A DNA stretch of 64,000 nt from assembly GCF_006345805.1 (NCBI RefSeq), contig NC_043000.1, positions 108,748,001 to 108,812,000 of the forward strand, read 5' to 3'. Positions 62,700 through 64,000 of this stretch are shown in pieces; within the stretch, counting starts at the first letter, position 1; every line of letters starts with the position of its first letter. The stretch comes from Octopus sinensis (Eukaryota). A program made the position numbers and the translations under genes. The notes below the pieces were generated by a model that had not been told where the DNA came from, searched no databases, and was given only the letters and a program-made list of their open reading frames with translations.

Positions 62700-63625
62700 A
62701 TATAATAATATAATAATGAGATTATTGTATACAGTGCTCAGGTGCACCACAACTTGTCAGAAAGTGCATATAAAGTACATGCAGTAATGTAAAAATGTCT
62801 GGAAAGCGAACAATGTATGAGTCAGATACATGCCTGTGTGTGTATGGAGGGGAGAAAATCAGGTGTAGTGTTGGGGAATCTCAGAAAGCATGGAAGTTTT
62901 GAAGGATGCAGTGCTCCGACAACTAACAACTGATGCCGGCAGTTTGTTCCATGCTTCAGCAACTCTCAGCGTGAAAAAATGTTTCCTGAAGTCATGGGAG
63001 CTGTGCTGTTTTCTGACTTTGTAAATATGTCCACGGGTGTTAGATGGGTTGAGTTTGAAAAGGTGCTCAGAGTTATTGTTTGTACGATGGTTGATAATTT
63101 TATGGGTGTCTGCCAAGTCAGCTGCCAGACGTCGGAGTTTCAATGTGTCCATGCCCAGGGAAGTAAGGCGTTCAGGATATGGCTAATGCCTGATGGAGGG
63201 TATTCTTTTGGTTGCACGTCGCTGAACAGCTTCCAGACGATTGATATCCTGGGCAAGATAGGGGTTCCAGACCGGTGATGCAAATTCCAGGTGAGGTCTT
63301 ACCATAGCTATATAAAGCCGCAGATAGATAGCCGGAGAGCGGCTCACAAAGGATTTGGTGAGTGATGCCAAGACACCCTCAGCCTTCTTGACAATTTTAG
63401 CGATGTGTTTTGTCCAACGCAAATCACTGTCGACAATAACACCCAGGTCACGTTCACATGAAGACTTTTGAGACTAGTGTTGTGGAGGGAGTAGGTGGAC
63501 GCTGGGTTTCTCCTCCCAAAATGCATGGTGGTACATTTGTCCACAGCCAGCTTGAGTTACCAGTCCATGATCCACTGCTGCATTGTGTCCAGGTCTGCTT
63601 GCAATAGAGATCTATAGTGTACAGG
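62700..63625 (-). mobile_element. CR1/Jockey-group LINE 3' fragment
   Basis: KCTTMHFGRRNP, CERDLGVIVDSDLRW, MVRPHLEFASPVWNPYLAQDINRLEAVQRRATKRIP, TRGHIYKV...RKHFFTLRVAEAWNKLP...FKTSM; (TTA)n-like tail at about 62700. Confidence 0.9.
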
Positions 63626-64000
63626 ATTTGACCTCTTTATTATGAATAAAGATAGTATAATTTTACTCTCTAACATTATTCTCCCACAATGCTAGATTAA
63701 AAACTGAATTTTACTATTTTAGACTGACCTATATCCATGAAAGGCCCATATCAACTTTCAACACAATTGCTGGAGTGGGTGCTCACCCATGCTTGAGACT
63801 ATCTCCTCCAAATTTGGCAATACAATAACCCTACTTCTGCTAAGTGACTCCTGTACAACTGCATTACTTGCTCCCACCCCTCTGTAACCTGTCTTCTCCT
63901 GTTCTCTATTCTACATGAACATCATTTTCCACCACCTTCTCCACACAATAGCCATTCCTCAAGTGCTCTCTGCTTGTTATATTCAGAGATGGCGAAGGCA

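Overview
AT-rich animal genomic DNA with no intact protein-coding gene that I can identify. The repeat families (tRNA-derived SINEs, RTE LINEs with (GAT)n tails, long (TA)n/(CA)n/(TAGA)n tracts) match what I recall from Octopus, so a coleoid cephalopod origin is inferred, not verified. Most of the window is transposon-derived: one full-length but dead mariner plus two fragments, RTE, CR1/L2-like, R4/Dong-like and Penelope-like retroelements, Helitron-related HINE-like elements, piggyBac-type and foldback MITEs, and at least four SINE families. A CpG-rich promoter-like cluster (GC box, three ETS sites, CRE) at about 54.0-54.3 kb sits just upstream of a minus-strand GTAAGT donor. This suggests that most of 1-54 kb is intronic sequence of an unidentified minus-strand gene; exon calls are tentative. 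The most notable observations are: (1) a family of minimal hammerhead-ribozyme motifs in Penelope-like remnants, with one apparently intact copy at 32058-32117 lying between two long hairpins; (2) a SINE and a CR1-like LINE sharing a 3' tail whose stem-loop is conserved despite sequence change; (3) a modular, hairpin-rich VNTR in the RTE 3' UTR that varies between insertions; and (4) several long foldback structures that could be dsRNA/ADAR substrates. All calls were made by eye; no alignments, folding or database searches were run.
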